From Amphiscolops sp. MND2022 (lineage: Eukaryota), in assembly GCA_964187785.1 (NCBI GenBank), contig OZ076409.1, positions 39,930,001 through 39,994,000 of the forward strand: DNA of 64,000 nt. The letters run 5' to 3'. A program made the position numbers and the translations under genes. Positions within the stretch are counted from its first letter, which is position 1. Each line of letters opens with the position of its first letter. The notes below the pieces were generated by a model. The model saw only the letters and a list, made by a program, of their open reading frames with translations, was not told where the DNA came from and searched no databases. Below, one piece after another: positions 25,578-36,572 of this stretch.

Positions 25578-28500
25578 TGTAAGATTTTTAGTTTTCCAGT
25601 AGCTTTAACTATTTGTTGAGAATAGCTCCACTACAACTCAATTAAACCCGTAGGTACCATGCACGAGACAAGGACTGGCTGAGTATCTACATAAATTTTT
25701 ATTAACTCCGAAGAAGAGACGAATCAACTTAATCGAAGGCGGTGGGGGTAAGTGTGACAAGGAAATCACGATCTTTACAACTTTGCTATTTTTCCCTCTT
25801 TCAGGGGTTTGTCTCGCTACTCTTAGGCTGTTAAAAATTATCTTTCCGCTGATGAAAAGAAGCAGGTTGAACTTTACTTACTATACATCAAATAAATAAG
25901 TCGAGTAATAGACACAAATACAATTTCACATCCACGAATAATAGAATGAATAATATGATAACATCGATAATAGCGGAGAATATTACTGAGTATTTTAGCA
26001 GTCATATTAGGAGGCATATAACACAAGAGAACAGTAAACAAGAATTTCAGCAAGGTTAAGTTTTTTTTGTATCCGTAAGGATGGGGGTGATATCGAAGAT
26101 ATCGGAAGAATCAACTCGCCGCAAAATCTCTATCGGTCTTGGAGTGAAAAACAATAATCCGTGTATTATCAGCCCACTTAGGCTTAAACCGTGTATTATC
26201 AGCCCACTTAGGCTCAACCGTGTATTATCAGCCCACTTAGGCTCAACCGTGTATTATCAGCCCACTTAGGCTTAAACCGTGTATTATCAGCCCACTTAGG
26301 CTCAACCGTGTATTATCAGCCCACTTAGGCTCAACCGTGTATTATCAGCCCACTCAGGCTCTTTTACATGTAATACGATAGACCAGCAGTCCACCCTACT
26401 CCCGGGTCGCAATCCGTACTAGCGAAAAGCGGGGTAGCAACAAATCAGGCAACTTCAGGTTGTTAGGCTGAAGGCACGGGCTAACCGGCCAGACGAAGTA
26501 AATCTGCAATTTCGATAGTCCGGCGTCTGATGCGGGATGCTATCGGACGCAAAACAGCAAACCGTTCTCTAGATTTCAACTCACTTTGTGTGTCGCAAAA
26601 ATGGCGCACACTTCGGCCCAAGTTACTTTCGGCAGTTTAGTCATATCATTATTCATAGTTCATCATCTTTCCTTTTTCGGGTTCTGACTAAGTGTTGAGC
26701 AATACAGTTTTTTCCTACTTCGGTACTGAAAGTTCATTAGAAGTACTTTTTCTCAGCACGAGTCGGTCCTAGTTCCACCTCCTTGTCAATCATGACTGAT
26801 GGTTTTACTTCGTTTTCAATAGAATTTAAGGGGTGGTGCTACTGACTCAGTGTTTCCCACTTTTGTAAGCACGACTTGAACTTCGGCTTACTGATTGACA
26901 TTTGCACTTTTTGCCAGGTCTCTTTTTCTCACGCGGTTCCTGACAACTCTCTTCAACTAAAAATGGCTGAAGGAAACAATTTTCTACAATTTACAATGAC
27001 CGAAAAGGCGATTTCAATTCATATCAAAAAAAGTCGTTTTTCGTGTTACAACTTCTAAGGGCAAAAACAAGGTGTTCCGATCACGGGAGGCAAAAACCAA
27101 GTACACCATTTGAAAGTAAAATTCAAGGGCTACAAAAGCTTACTCCATGGTTTTCTTTCTATTTCAACTCCTTCACAGTGAAAAACGCCTTTAAAGTTTG
27201 GAAGTCAAAAATCACCCATCGGTTTTCACGCAAATCTCAACTTTGGAGTGCTAGTACTCAGTCAATTTGAAAGATACAGGCTGGGGGCTTATATACATCG
27301 TTAGCCCAAGCCATGAGGAGTATTTTGCACTTTAGATGAGGTCTCTATCTTTTCTCAACAAAATTTGATAGTACTTTTTCTGAAAGTAGTCATTTTCCCG
27401 ATTTTTATGTCTGGACTTTCAACTTTGGAGGCCAATATCTCGAAACCAGGGCATTTTTCGGAAAAACGCTTCTTCTAAACGCTGTGCGCCTGGGTCTTGT
27501 GCGTCTACCCTGAAAGTTTCAGCTCGATATCGCCCAAAACGTGCGGGGGGGGTTAGCATTTTGGTAGGTCGACATCCCTATCGGCAGAGAGAAATCACCA
27601 CTTTAAATTCTTTGGGGTTCTTCGCTAGCGCACCGCAGCACTCTATTTATTATTCTATTCACTCCTCCACTTCAATTCTCAAGTACGCTGTGAAGGGGGC
27701 GGCTATTGTGCGCTTACACGTTGAGTACTAAGCGATAACATGCGAAAAACGGCTTTTTAGGCCATTTTAGGGCTGTTTTTAACGTTTGCTGGCTCAGTTC
27801 TCAAAAACTACTGAATATTATTTATTTTCCAATTAACACAAGTTAGGGCATCCATTTATCTTTAATTTAAGCCATATCCGAACATTTTCTGGCAACTGTA
27901 GCGATCACACGAAATTTTTAAAGGAAACTCAATTTTGGAAAATCGTCAAAATTTTATATGCACTTATTTTCAAAGCTTCCCCCCGATATGTTCCCGGGGT
28001 CGCACAACGCTCATACTCTCAACTTAAGCTTTCCTTTGGATGGGCTGTCGAATGCTGAAAACCGTTTGTTGATATCTTTTTCCAACTTCGAGAAATCGCG
28101 TTTTGATTTTTAGTTTGCATTAATAGAGGGGGTAATTCCAAAGTGTGCGGCGGCCGTTTTCTTATTAGCTACGCGTACAGCCACTCACAGCACGTTCTAA
28201 TTTTCATTCCTTTCGCTTTCTGCCACGCGTAGCTGAGTTGTATTCTATGCTGTTCACGCACACAGCGGAGTTTTCACTCTCGCCTACCCTCAAACACATG
28301 TATTAACATAGTAATTTGACTAAATTTCTATTCACAGTATTTTATGACTTCTAATGCTTTTTCTGTGGAAATTCGTTACTGAAAAGTTCCTAAATGTTTA
28401 CTCAACACGTAGTCAGGTCAGAAAGGAACATTTTGGTGGTTTAATTTTTCTTATATTCGCAATAGGTATCGAGAAAATCAATGTTAAAGTTTCGTTCCGA

Positions 28501-28771
28501 TTAGAATTTTCTTACATAGGTTTAGTTGGTGGCGGCCGTCTTATTGCATTAATACGTTGTGCGGCCGCTTCATAGCAGCTAAGAATGGTTATTTTGGTTG
28601 TCCGCGGAACTAGAGACGATATTATTGACATTAAATAATAGTGCGAGGTACTTGAAGTACTTAGTGTAATCTTTACTTTTATACGATATCACCCCGTAAA
28701 ATCTACCTTGCTGATGAACTAAAATTTAATAAACACCAAATCATGAGCGAAAAGTAAAAAAAAATCCTACA
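25578..28771 (-). repeat. 3' LTR (3194 bp)
   Basis: Near-identical to 36592-39701 and preceded on the minus strand by the PPT. Confidence 0.97.
26159..26361. repeat. 29/30-bp tandem repeat x7 within the LTR (x4 at ~37173-37287)
   Basis: Unit CCGTGTATTATCAGCCCACTTAGGCT(C/TA)AA with no spacers. Confidence 0.97.
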
Positions 28772-28782
28772 TTCCCCCCCAC
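28772..28782 (-). promoter_or_regulatory. Polypurine tract GTGGGGGGGAA
   Basis: Abuts the start of the 3' LTR on the minus strand. Confidence 0.9.
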
Positions 28783-30289
28783 TTGGACTACTACTCTCCT
28801 GAGTAGTTGGTTTATTTAAATTTTATTCTTTTAGTAGGGGCATTCTGATTCGTTAATTCGTAGTCCAGTCAGGTTGTAATGTAGCCTTGTTTCATCAACT
28901 TAATCTCTTTTATTTTGTAAACAAGTGCTTGAAATACAATGATATTAATATTAAAATCACTTTACACTCTTTTAACAATCCTCTTAATTAAATACAAATC
29001 TATTCTACCACTTAAATCACATTAATTTCATCAAAATTTTCCATTCTCTCACACAAATTGTATCTTTTTCAATCCAATATAAGATTTTGGGAGTGAAGTG
29101 TGGTAAATTTTGAAACAATCTCTTTTCTGTTATAACTAAGTTCTTTACTGACTGGATTTCTTAGTTCATTCTCCTAAGTTTTTATTATTTAATTATTTAC
29201 TTTTAATTTTCTGTCCAAGCAAGGAAAATATAGTTTTTGAGCTTTTCTTTGGGGGAAATAAATACAGGGAGGGATTTAACGGACGCAGATTTAATCTGGG
29301 TACAATTTATCATTGTGAAAAGGTTCGTCTCACGTGTAGGGTTCTGTACTCGCGCTGATAGGCTTCATTCACACCAAATTAACATTCGGATCATCTCGGG
29401 ACACATTGTCGTCTTGTTGCGGAGGTCGAAGCACACTTCTTTCTCCAGGATCAGCAAAGTTGTTGTTTGTTCTTTTGGCCGGCATATATAACATTCCAAA
29501 CAATATTAACACACCCAAAATTGTGATACATTACTGAAGAAGAATACTTTCACTTTTCTGAATAGTAGTCGAAGAGAAGCAGACTACTTCGCTGAATTTA
29601 CTTGAGGCAGGTTACAGAGTCAGTACAACGGAATAAACTTGCAATCCCCCTTAACAAATCTTTCGTGTCCGAAACTGGGTACGACTGGAACTCAAATATT
29701 TTCAGGAAGGGGGGATAGTCTCTTTTCTGGATCTTCTTCAGATAACATACGGAGACTTTGTAAGCGATACTGTTTTGACATGTCATTTCTGCGATTTCGT
29801 AGTTACGGAAGGTCATTCGCGCGAACCTAGGCGGACAATCCTCAACGCTGGTTCCAAGCAAGTTCTTACTTTTCACGCCGGTACCCGATTACGTCAACAC
29901 AAATACTACATTTACATTATCTTTCGACTATACTAGCGAGTCGAATTATTCAAGCATGGAAAAAAAAATTTTCCGACAACACGAAACACAGACACATAGA
30001 GCTTAAATACGGTAATAAATTTTTTTTGAAGTCATTCGAATTGATTGTAGGGGCGATTACTACAATTTTTCAATTCTAGTAACTGAGGTAATTAGGTTAA
30101 GGCAAAACTAAATGAAGGAGAGCCGGTAGCGACACGGATGACACTACTTTTCGAACTCATCACCTCATGATTGACAGTCCGAGCTTACAAGTAATTCGAT
30201 TAGTCATGCTCGCGAACGGCTAAACGAATGATGAGCTTCACTACTTCGGATGATTCAACTCACCTGACCATCACCCGAAGACATTAATG

Positions 30290-33200
30290 TTATTTTGGCT
30301 TTACCACGTACTCGTCTATGCCGAAGCGCACTGGCGGTCGACGATTCCGTGTCGTTTCTATCATCAGCGAATCTGGATGTTCGCTTTCGTTGTCCTCATC
30401 TGAAGAAGGCGGGGTATTTCTACTCTCGTTTATTTCTGCATAAACAGGAAATGAAGACTCCTCTGACGGTGCGGGGACGTCTATATACAACGGGCAATTA
30501 GTCAGAGTAGTCTCTTCGTCGTTTTCGGCGCTTATCACGCGGGGAACGTCATGAAATGACACGTGCGGCCGGTTTTTATTGGCTTGGATTTCCGCCGAAG
30601 TAGGGCGGAACACATGATACGGTCTATTTTCGGTTTTTTGATCGGATGAATCAGATTCATCCTCGATTTCTTCATAACTCGGTAGCGTCTTTGTCGCCAC
30701 TCGTTCGGATCGTTTCGGGAGGGATTCGCCAAAATACGGTTTAAGACGATTAAAATGGATATTCTGCCACTTTTCCGGGCAACCTGGCTTGCAAATCTGA
30801 TAGTTCACTTCACTTGTCTGACTCAATACTTCGTATGGACCGTGCCAAGGGAGATGGAACTTTCGGGATTTCGCTTTGTGTGGCTCGAATAACCACACTC
30901 GGTCTCCTGTTTTAAAACTTTTTCCATGGACCTTTTTCTGATAATAATCCTTCTGACGACGTTGTTCTTTCCCCATGGTCAGTTGCGCATGACTATGTAC
31001 TTCGAATAGTTTATCACTCAACTCGGCTCCTACCTCACCTAATTCTAAACGGGGGTCGCCAGGAGGTTTCGGATAGAATAAGTCGATCGGATATTGTGCT
31101 TCTCTCCCGTACAACATCGAAAACGGGGTCGTACCGAGGGTCTTATGTACGGTGGTATTGTACACAAAATTTACGTGGGGCAAGTAGAGATCCCACTCCT
31201 GCGGTTTTTCGGCGCAATACTTAGAAATAGTATCGGCAATCACTCTATTGAATCTTTCTACTTGACCATTTCCTTGGGGATGATACGGAGAAGTCCTAGT
31301 TTTATCGATCATGAAAACTTGGCAAATATCTTTCATTACTTCGCTGTTGAAGTTAGTTCCTTGATCCGTATGTAAAGTATCGGGAGCTCCAAATTTCAAA
31401 ATCCACTCTTCGACTAAAGTCGTGGCCACCGTCTTAGCCGTCATGTCTTTCAAAGGAACGGCAACCGCATACTTTGTATACAAATCGGATATAACTAAAA
31501 TGTATCGCGCCTGTGACTTTTTCGCTAGCGTTACGGGTCCCAAGATATCTGCTGCAACAATACGAAACGGCGCCTTTGCTTCGATTGTTTGCAAATGAGC
31601 TTTTCGACCTTTTCCCGCCGTTGATCTAGCCGCGCAACGCGTGCATTTTGCAATATACTTTTCTACACTTGACCTGAGACCAGGCCACCAAAATCTCTGT
31701 TTAATCCTTGATAACGTTTTCTCGGCTGCAAAATGACCTCCGCTCAGAGGGGAGTCATGTAACTGATATAACACTTCGGCTCTCATAGTCGAAGGAACGA
31801 CTGCCTGCCATATTTCACGTTCACGATTGCTAGGTTTCCATTTTCGATAAAGGACTCGATTGGCCAGCGCTAGCTGATCCCAATTACTCCAAAGTTCTAA
31901 CGCCTCTGGACAACTCCATTCTAATGCTACTTCTCTGGGGATGGGGTTGGGCCCTAAATCTTCCAATGTACCATCTATCCGAATTCCACGTCTAACCATT
32001 TCACGGAATAGTACTCCCGTACTACGATCCATTCTCTGACCATACGCTAGGTCGCTATCCGATCTAGTCCATGAGATATGCCCCCCCACTTGCTCTGATA
32101 CTAACATTTCTTCAGGGGTAACGACGGAACAGGCGGAATCTACACTTGATGAACGCGGGGTACCTCGTCTTGCCGAAGTCGAAGGGTACAATTGCTCTTG
32201 GTCTCTCGGTGTATACACGGAGATCGTAAAATACGAATCTTGAAACACAACCTCTAGACAAATAGCTACATTCACCCACTCTAATTCGTCATCGACGCAA
32301 CCTATTCTAGGCATTGCAAGTTTGGAAATTCCATGGGAGCTAGCATGTTCTTTCACTTTCAATAGACTTTCTTTTAGTACATCGTATTTAGCAACTTCTC
32401 CGTTACAATGCTTGGTGATCAATATGTACACATAACGTCCCTTTTCAACATCTTGGTACACTAGGAAACCTCCAACACGATTTACCGACTCTGCGAGAGG
32501 TGGTAGATACGAATACGTTTTCACGAACGATTTCATGGGAGCAGTGGCTACTCTCATGTCGGCAGATACACACAAAACTAAGGAATCGGGGGATTCGAAA
32601 AAATCCCCTTCTCGATAACGGACTACTTCTCTAGGTGGGTGAGAAATTTGCATTTTCAAATGTCGAGCTACATCCTCTGAGTTTTCCAATTTCTCACGAG
32701 CTTTGGTTCGGGCGGCTCGAAGATCGCGTTCGGCTTCAAACAAAGCACTATCAAATTCGGTGAATTCGGGAATCGGTCCTCTTAACGCATCTTCTTCGCC
32801 GGGCAGCCATTGGGGTACGTCATTCGGTCGTCGACTAAGACCGTCCGCATTACAATGTTTATCCCCTGGACCATGTACTATTTGATAGTCATACTCCTGA
32901 AGTTTCTGAACCATTCGAAAAGTCATTCCATCCGCATTTTGCCTAAACAACCATTGAAGACTTGCATGATCTGTGCGAATAATACATTTGGATCCGTAAA
33001 TGTACGGTCTGAACCACTGGACGGCTTGAACTACACCTAGCGCTTCTCTTTTGGCTGTTGCATAATTTACCTCCGTTTTAGTTAGAACTCGCGACTCAAA
33101 GGCAATTGGATACTCTATCCCATCGATCACTTGAGACAAAACTGCGCCGAGCGCCGTATCACTAGCATCGGTATCAATAATGAACGGAAGTTCAAAATTT

Positions 33201-35116
33201 GGAAATGCCAAAATTGGAGCTTCTAACAATCTTTTCTTCAGCGTTCGGAACGCTTTGTCATGTTCTTCGGTCCATGTGAATTTTAATCCTTTGCTCGTCA
33301 ACAGATAAAGGGGCCTAGCCACTTCCGCGAAGTTTTGGACAAACTTCCGATAATAGTTGCAGAAGGCAACAAATGAGCGAACTCCGGTGACGTCGGTCGG
33401 AGGCTCCCATTCGCGTACTGCCGCTAACTTTTTCGGATCCGGTTGGATCCCTTCCTTGTTAATCACATGACCTAGATAGTGGACCTCGGTGCGGAATAAG
33501 TTGCATTTCTTCGGTTTAAGACGTAAACCGGCTTTGCGCAAAACTATAAACACCTTTTCTAAATGCTCCAAATGTTCTTCTGGAGTTTTGCTAAACGTTA
33601 GCACATCATCTAGGAATATGAGCACATGTTTATACAGATCTTCTTTAAAAATGTCGTTCATGTTCCTTTGGAAAGTTGGCGGGGCGTTCGTTAAGCCAAA
33701 CGGCATCTTCAAACACTCATATAACCCTCCATCCGGAGTACAAAATGCCGTTTTGTGCCGGTCTTCGGCCGCGACTGGAATCTGCCAATAGCCACTTGCT
33801 AAATCGAGAGACGAGAAGACTCCCGCCCCTTGCAGTGCATCAATCGTTTGACCGATCCGGGGCAACGGATACGCGTCCTTTACGGTAAGGTCGTTCAACT
33901 TTCGGTAATCTATACACATTCGGTTTGAGCCATCTTTCTTAGGTACCATTACTATGGGACTACTGAAAGGACTTTTACTCGGTACGATCACTCCTTTCTC
34001 AAGCATCTCGCGAATTTCTTCACGAACGGCTTCTAATTTATGCGGAGCAATTTTGTAGGGCGAAATTTTGAACGGTTTCGCATCGCCTATGTCTATGCGG
34101 TGTTCTACTCCTACAGCGGTTCCTAACGGGTCTGAAGGCAGTGAAAACACATCTCTGTAATCACGAATCAAATCTCGCAATTTTTCCTTTATTTCGGCGT
34201 TCTCGAGTCCAGGGGTGGCTAAATTTAAAATTTCGTCCACTTCCTGTTCGAGTTTTTCGTTTATTTCGGAGGCCGCTGATACTGTGTCAGGACCGGGTAC
34301 CGTTTCGCAAACAAATGCGTCATCTTCCGGCGGGGGAACATGACCGCTTAGGACTTGCATGGGTACTTTGATGATGAAACCATCATCTTTGGGGATCGTT
34401 AGTTTCTGTTCGACTAAGTCAGTCGAGCATTGATTTTCCATCATGAACTTTAAGCCAATCATGATCTCAGGGTAGAGATCTTCTACAACCACGAATTCAT
34501 CGGAAGCAACGCACGTTCCGATTTTAACTTGTGCTTTTACGATACCTTTGGTAGGCATCTCGTTGGCTATTGGGCCTGTTAAACGACTGGGATTGGGAGC
34601 TATTGGATTACCAATAGTCTTAGCCAATTCCAAACTCATCAAACTTCTACTGGCACCAGTGTCTATCATGGCCCAACAGCGTAGGCTTTCGACTTCATAG
34701 GGAATTAAAAGCGTGGCCCCTGGAATGTATTGATTATGGGTAAGTTTTCTCGATTTTACCTCATCAGACCGGGCCTGATTTGGAAATTCGGGCTCTTTCT
34801 TGGACAAAATTTTCACAGAGCCAGGCTCAGCTTGGTTATCCTCAAAAAGATTTTGTATTGGGGGACTATTTACAACAAGGGTATGGGATTCTTTTGGAAA
34901 AAAGCCTCCCGGGCCAAACTCGTCACACATTTGTTTCCAAGTTTCGGGGTCGATCCGCCTACTGCGATTGCGCTGTCGCAAACGGCTATCATTACTCCTA
35001 GACCTAGAACGAACACGCTGACTTGTTTGCGGAAAATTTGTAGCAGCTGGAGATGGGATGGAATCCCAAGCGCGAGTAGAGCCTGCTACTGCATACTCGG
35101 CTGTCGGTAGTTTAAA
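30290..35116 (-). CDS. pol: Pol polyprotein (protease, RT, RNase H, TARG1/OARD1-like macrodomain, integrase with GPY motif), in the -1 frame relative to gag
   Basis: IDTGAS, FLDD, DTDASD..ADGLSR, macrodomain at ~32207-32630, HHCC, DILGP/DQG/VERFN, WHGPY. The frame is open from the slippery site to the stop. Confidence 0.97.
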   Translation of the reverse strand, partial: FKLPTAEYAVAGSTRAWDSIPSPAATNFPQTSQRVRSRSRSNDSRLRQRNRSRRIDPETWKQMCDEFGPGGFFPKESHTLVVNSPPIQNLFEDNQAEPGSVKILSKKEPEFPNQARSDEVKSRKLTHNQYIPGATLLIPYEVESLRCWAMIDTGASRSLMSLELAKTIGNPIAPNPSRLTGPIANEMPTKGIVKAQVKIGTCVASDEFVVVEDLYPEIMIGLKFMMENQCSTDLVEQKLTIPKDDGFIIKVPMQVLSGHVPPPEDDAFVCETVPGPDTVSAASEINEKLEQEVDEILNLATPGLENAEIKEKLRDLIRDYRDVFSLPSDPLGTAVGVEHRIDIGDAKPFKISPYKIAPHKLEAVREEIREMLEKGVIVPSKSPFSSPIVMVPKKDGSNRMCIDYRKLNDLTVKDAYPLPRIGQTIDALQGAGVFSSLDLASGYWQIPVAAEDRHKTAFCTPDGGLYECLKMPFGLTNAPPTFQRNMNDIFKEDLYKHVLIFLDDVLTFSKTPEEHLEHLEKVFIVLRKAGLRLKPKKCNLFRTEVHYLGHVINKEGIQPDPKKLAAVREWEPPTDVTGVRSFVAFCNYYRKFVQNFAEVARPLYLLTSKGLKFTWTEEHDKAFRTLKKRLLEAPILAFPNFELPFIIDTDASDTALGAVLSQVIDGIEYPIAFESRVLTKTEVNYATAKREALGVVQAVQWFRPYIYGSKCIIRTDHASLQWLFRQNADGMTFRMVQKLQEYDYQIVHGPGDKHCNADGLSRRPNDVPQWLPGEEDALRGPIPEFTEFDSALFEAERDLRAARTKAREKLENSEDVARHLKMQISHPPREVVRYREGDFFESPDSLVLCVSADMRVATAPMKSFVKTYSYLPPLAESVNRVGGFLVYQDVEKGRYVYILITKHCNGEVAKYDVLKESLLKVKEHASSHGISKLAMPRIGCVDDELEWVNVAICLEVVFQDSYFTISVYTPRDQEQLYPSTSARRGTPRSSSVDSACSVVTPEEMLVSEQVGGHISWTRSDSDLAYGQRMDRSTGVLFREMVRRGIRIDGTLEDLGPNPIPREVALEWSCPEALELWSNWDQLALANRVLYRKWKPSNREREIWQAVVPSTMRAEVLYQLHDSPLSGGHFAAEKTLSRIKQRFWWPGLRSSVEKYIAKCTRCAARSTAGKGRKAHLQTIEAKAPFRIVAADILGPVTLAKKSQARYILVISDLYTKYAVAVPLKDMTAKTVATTLVEEWILKFGAPDTLHTDQGTNFNSEVMKDICQVFMIDKTRTSPYHPQGNGQVERFNRVIADTISKYCAEKPQEWDLYLPHVNFVYNTTVHKTLGTTPFSMLYGREAQYPIDLFYPKPPGDPRLELGEVGAELSDKLFEVHSHAQLTMGKEQRRQKDYYQKKVHGKSFKTGDRVWLFEPHKAKSRKFHLPWHGPYEVLSQTSEVNYQICKPGCPEKWQNIHFNRLKPYFGESLPKRSERVATKTLPSYEEIEDESDSSDQKTENRPYHVFRPTSAEIQANKNRPHVSFHDVPRVISAENDEETTLTNCPLYIDVPAPSEESSFPVYAEINESRNTPPSSDEDNESEHPDSLMIETTRNRRPPVRFGIDEYVVKPK
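35070..35116 (-). promoter_or_regulatory. -1 ribosomal frameshift signal (U UUA AAC plus downstream stem)
   Basis: Heptamer at 35110-35116 is in the correct gag phase. The -1 frame is open into pol. Downstream CGAGTA...TACTCG can pair. Confidence 0.85.
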
Positions 35117-36480
35117 GAATTAGACTGCGGAAGACTTGGACATTGCTTAGCGTAGTGACCTATCGCCTTACAATTAAAACATTCCGCTTCTTCGGGGGGA
35201 GGGTGCGAAACATTTAGCTGACCCGACGATCCTGCCCTATTTAGAGGCGCGCGATAGTTAGGATTGAGAGGGGCTTGAAAACGGGGAGCTTGCCAACTCT
35301 GAGGCTGCCCACCAACCGGCCTTTGCGAACTTCCTAACGCTCCTACGATCGCAGATGACATGTCTTTCATACCCTGCACTAGGATTTCGTTTTGTCTGGT
35401 CATCATTTCGACTTGTTTCGAGGAACTTTGTTCTAAGTTTTTCGTTATTTGATCGGTTTGCTTGGATATCTGCTGGCAGATGGAATTTTCGAATCGATCA
35501 AAGCGACTTGCCACATTGGTTAAAGATGTTTGAAGGGCGGCAAATTTTTCTTCGATTTGGTTGTTACTCGAATAGCCAGCTCTCACTAGATCGGGATCCT
35601 CATATTCGTCATACGAATAGCGCAATTTATCAAGTTTCCGCTCTCTTTTTGATTCATGAGTCTTGTGGATTATTTCGAGTTCCTGTGCTCGTTGCAAAGT
35701 TTCCCCGAAATCACGGTCACGCTCGTCTTCATACAGACTAAGTTGTATTCGCGAATCAAAAAGCCCTTCAATAAATTGATCTCTCATATCGCGTTCTCTT
35801 TCCCGGAGCGATTTTTCAGGAAAGGCTATATCAGCGAGTTGACGTACTCTTCTCGAGTAGTCTCTAAGGTCTTCATTTTCCCACTGTTTAGCTGCTTTAA
35901 ATTCCGACCGCGTAGCTCGCTGGCTGCGATATTGCTGCATTTTGGGTTTCAAAATTTCAAGTAGTTCATCAAAACGTGGGGGATAAGAACCGGGTTCTTT
36001 TTCAATATATCTTTTGGGGACAGTTTCAAATTCTTCAATAGCCCAAGATGTTAAACAAGTAGGTATTGCAGCAATTTTTTGACTATCATTCCACCCATTG
36101 GCTTTGGCAACTGCTTTGAAGTGTTTTACCCAATTTTCCCAGCGGTTGTAATCTTTGCTGGGGAACTTTTCTGGTTTTATTGGCGATTTTTCGTACAGGG
36201 GTTTTTGTCTTTTTCTAGATTCATTTTCAAGGACCATGGAGTCGTCAGAATCTAGGTCTGCTTCAATTTTGAATCTTTTAACTTCTTTTTCCATTTCTTT
36301 CAATCGCCGATAAGCATCTCTTTTACACTCCTTTTCCGCGTCGGCCAATCCTACGAAGGAAATTTTAGTGGACTTACTGAGGAGTGGCTTACTACCACCT
36401 GTGACGGGAGTATGGGTGCCGTTGGGATCTTCTTGGGTGACGGGGGAGATCTGCTGATCGTTGTCGTCGTCTCCAGACAT
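35086..36480 (-). CDS. gag: Gag (464 aa) with CCHC zinc knuckle
   Basis: Capsid-like region (W..HF..VA.AN.W, DQFIEGL) and CFNCKAIGHYAKQC; lies between the PBS and pol. Confidence 0.95.
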   Translation of the reverse strand: MSGDDDNDQQISPVTQEDPNGTHTPVTGGSKPLLSKSTKISFVGLADAEKECKRDAYRRLKEMEKEVKRFKIEADLDSDDSMVLENESRKRQKPLYEKSPIKPEKFPSKDYNRWENWVKHFKAVAKANGWNDSQKIAAIPTCLTSWAIEEFETVPKRYIEKEPGSYPPRFDELLEILKPKMQQYRSQRATRSEFKAAKQWENEDLRDYSRRVRQLADIAFPEKSLRERERDMRDQFIEGLFDSRIQLSLYEDERDRDFGETLQRAQELEIIHKTHESKRERKLDKLRYSYDEYEDPDLVRAGYSSNNQIEEKFAALQTSLTNVASRFDRFENSICQQISKQTDQITKNLEQSSSKQVEMMTRQNEILVQGMKDMSSAIVGALGSSQRPVGGQPQSWQAPRFQAPLNPNYRAPLNRAGSSGQLNVSHPPPEEAECFNCKAIGHYAKQCPSLPQSNSLNYRQPSMQ

Positions 36481-36572
36481 CGTTGAAAGGGTTCAGCAAC
36501 TCACAAGGGGTGAAGGGAAGGCAAGGGAAAGAAGTAAGCAAAGAAAGAGGAAATAACAAAGACGCAAAGAAA

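Noticed and set aside
25845..25880. CTGATGA motifs here and near 28712 as hammerhead ribozymes
   Set aside because: No properly placed GAAA core or flanking stems could be built by eye.
26159..26361. 29-bp repeats as a CRISPR array
   Set aside because: Head-to-tail units with no unique spacers, inside a eukaryotic LTR, and no cas genes.
26876..28575. Short ORFs inside the long Gypsy LTRs
   Set aside because: Reading frames are not conserved in the homologous LTR at 53240-55807.
30295..35964. Plus-strand ORFs overlapping gag/pol
   Set aside because: Short antisense shadows of a long coding frame with no motifs.
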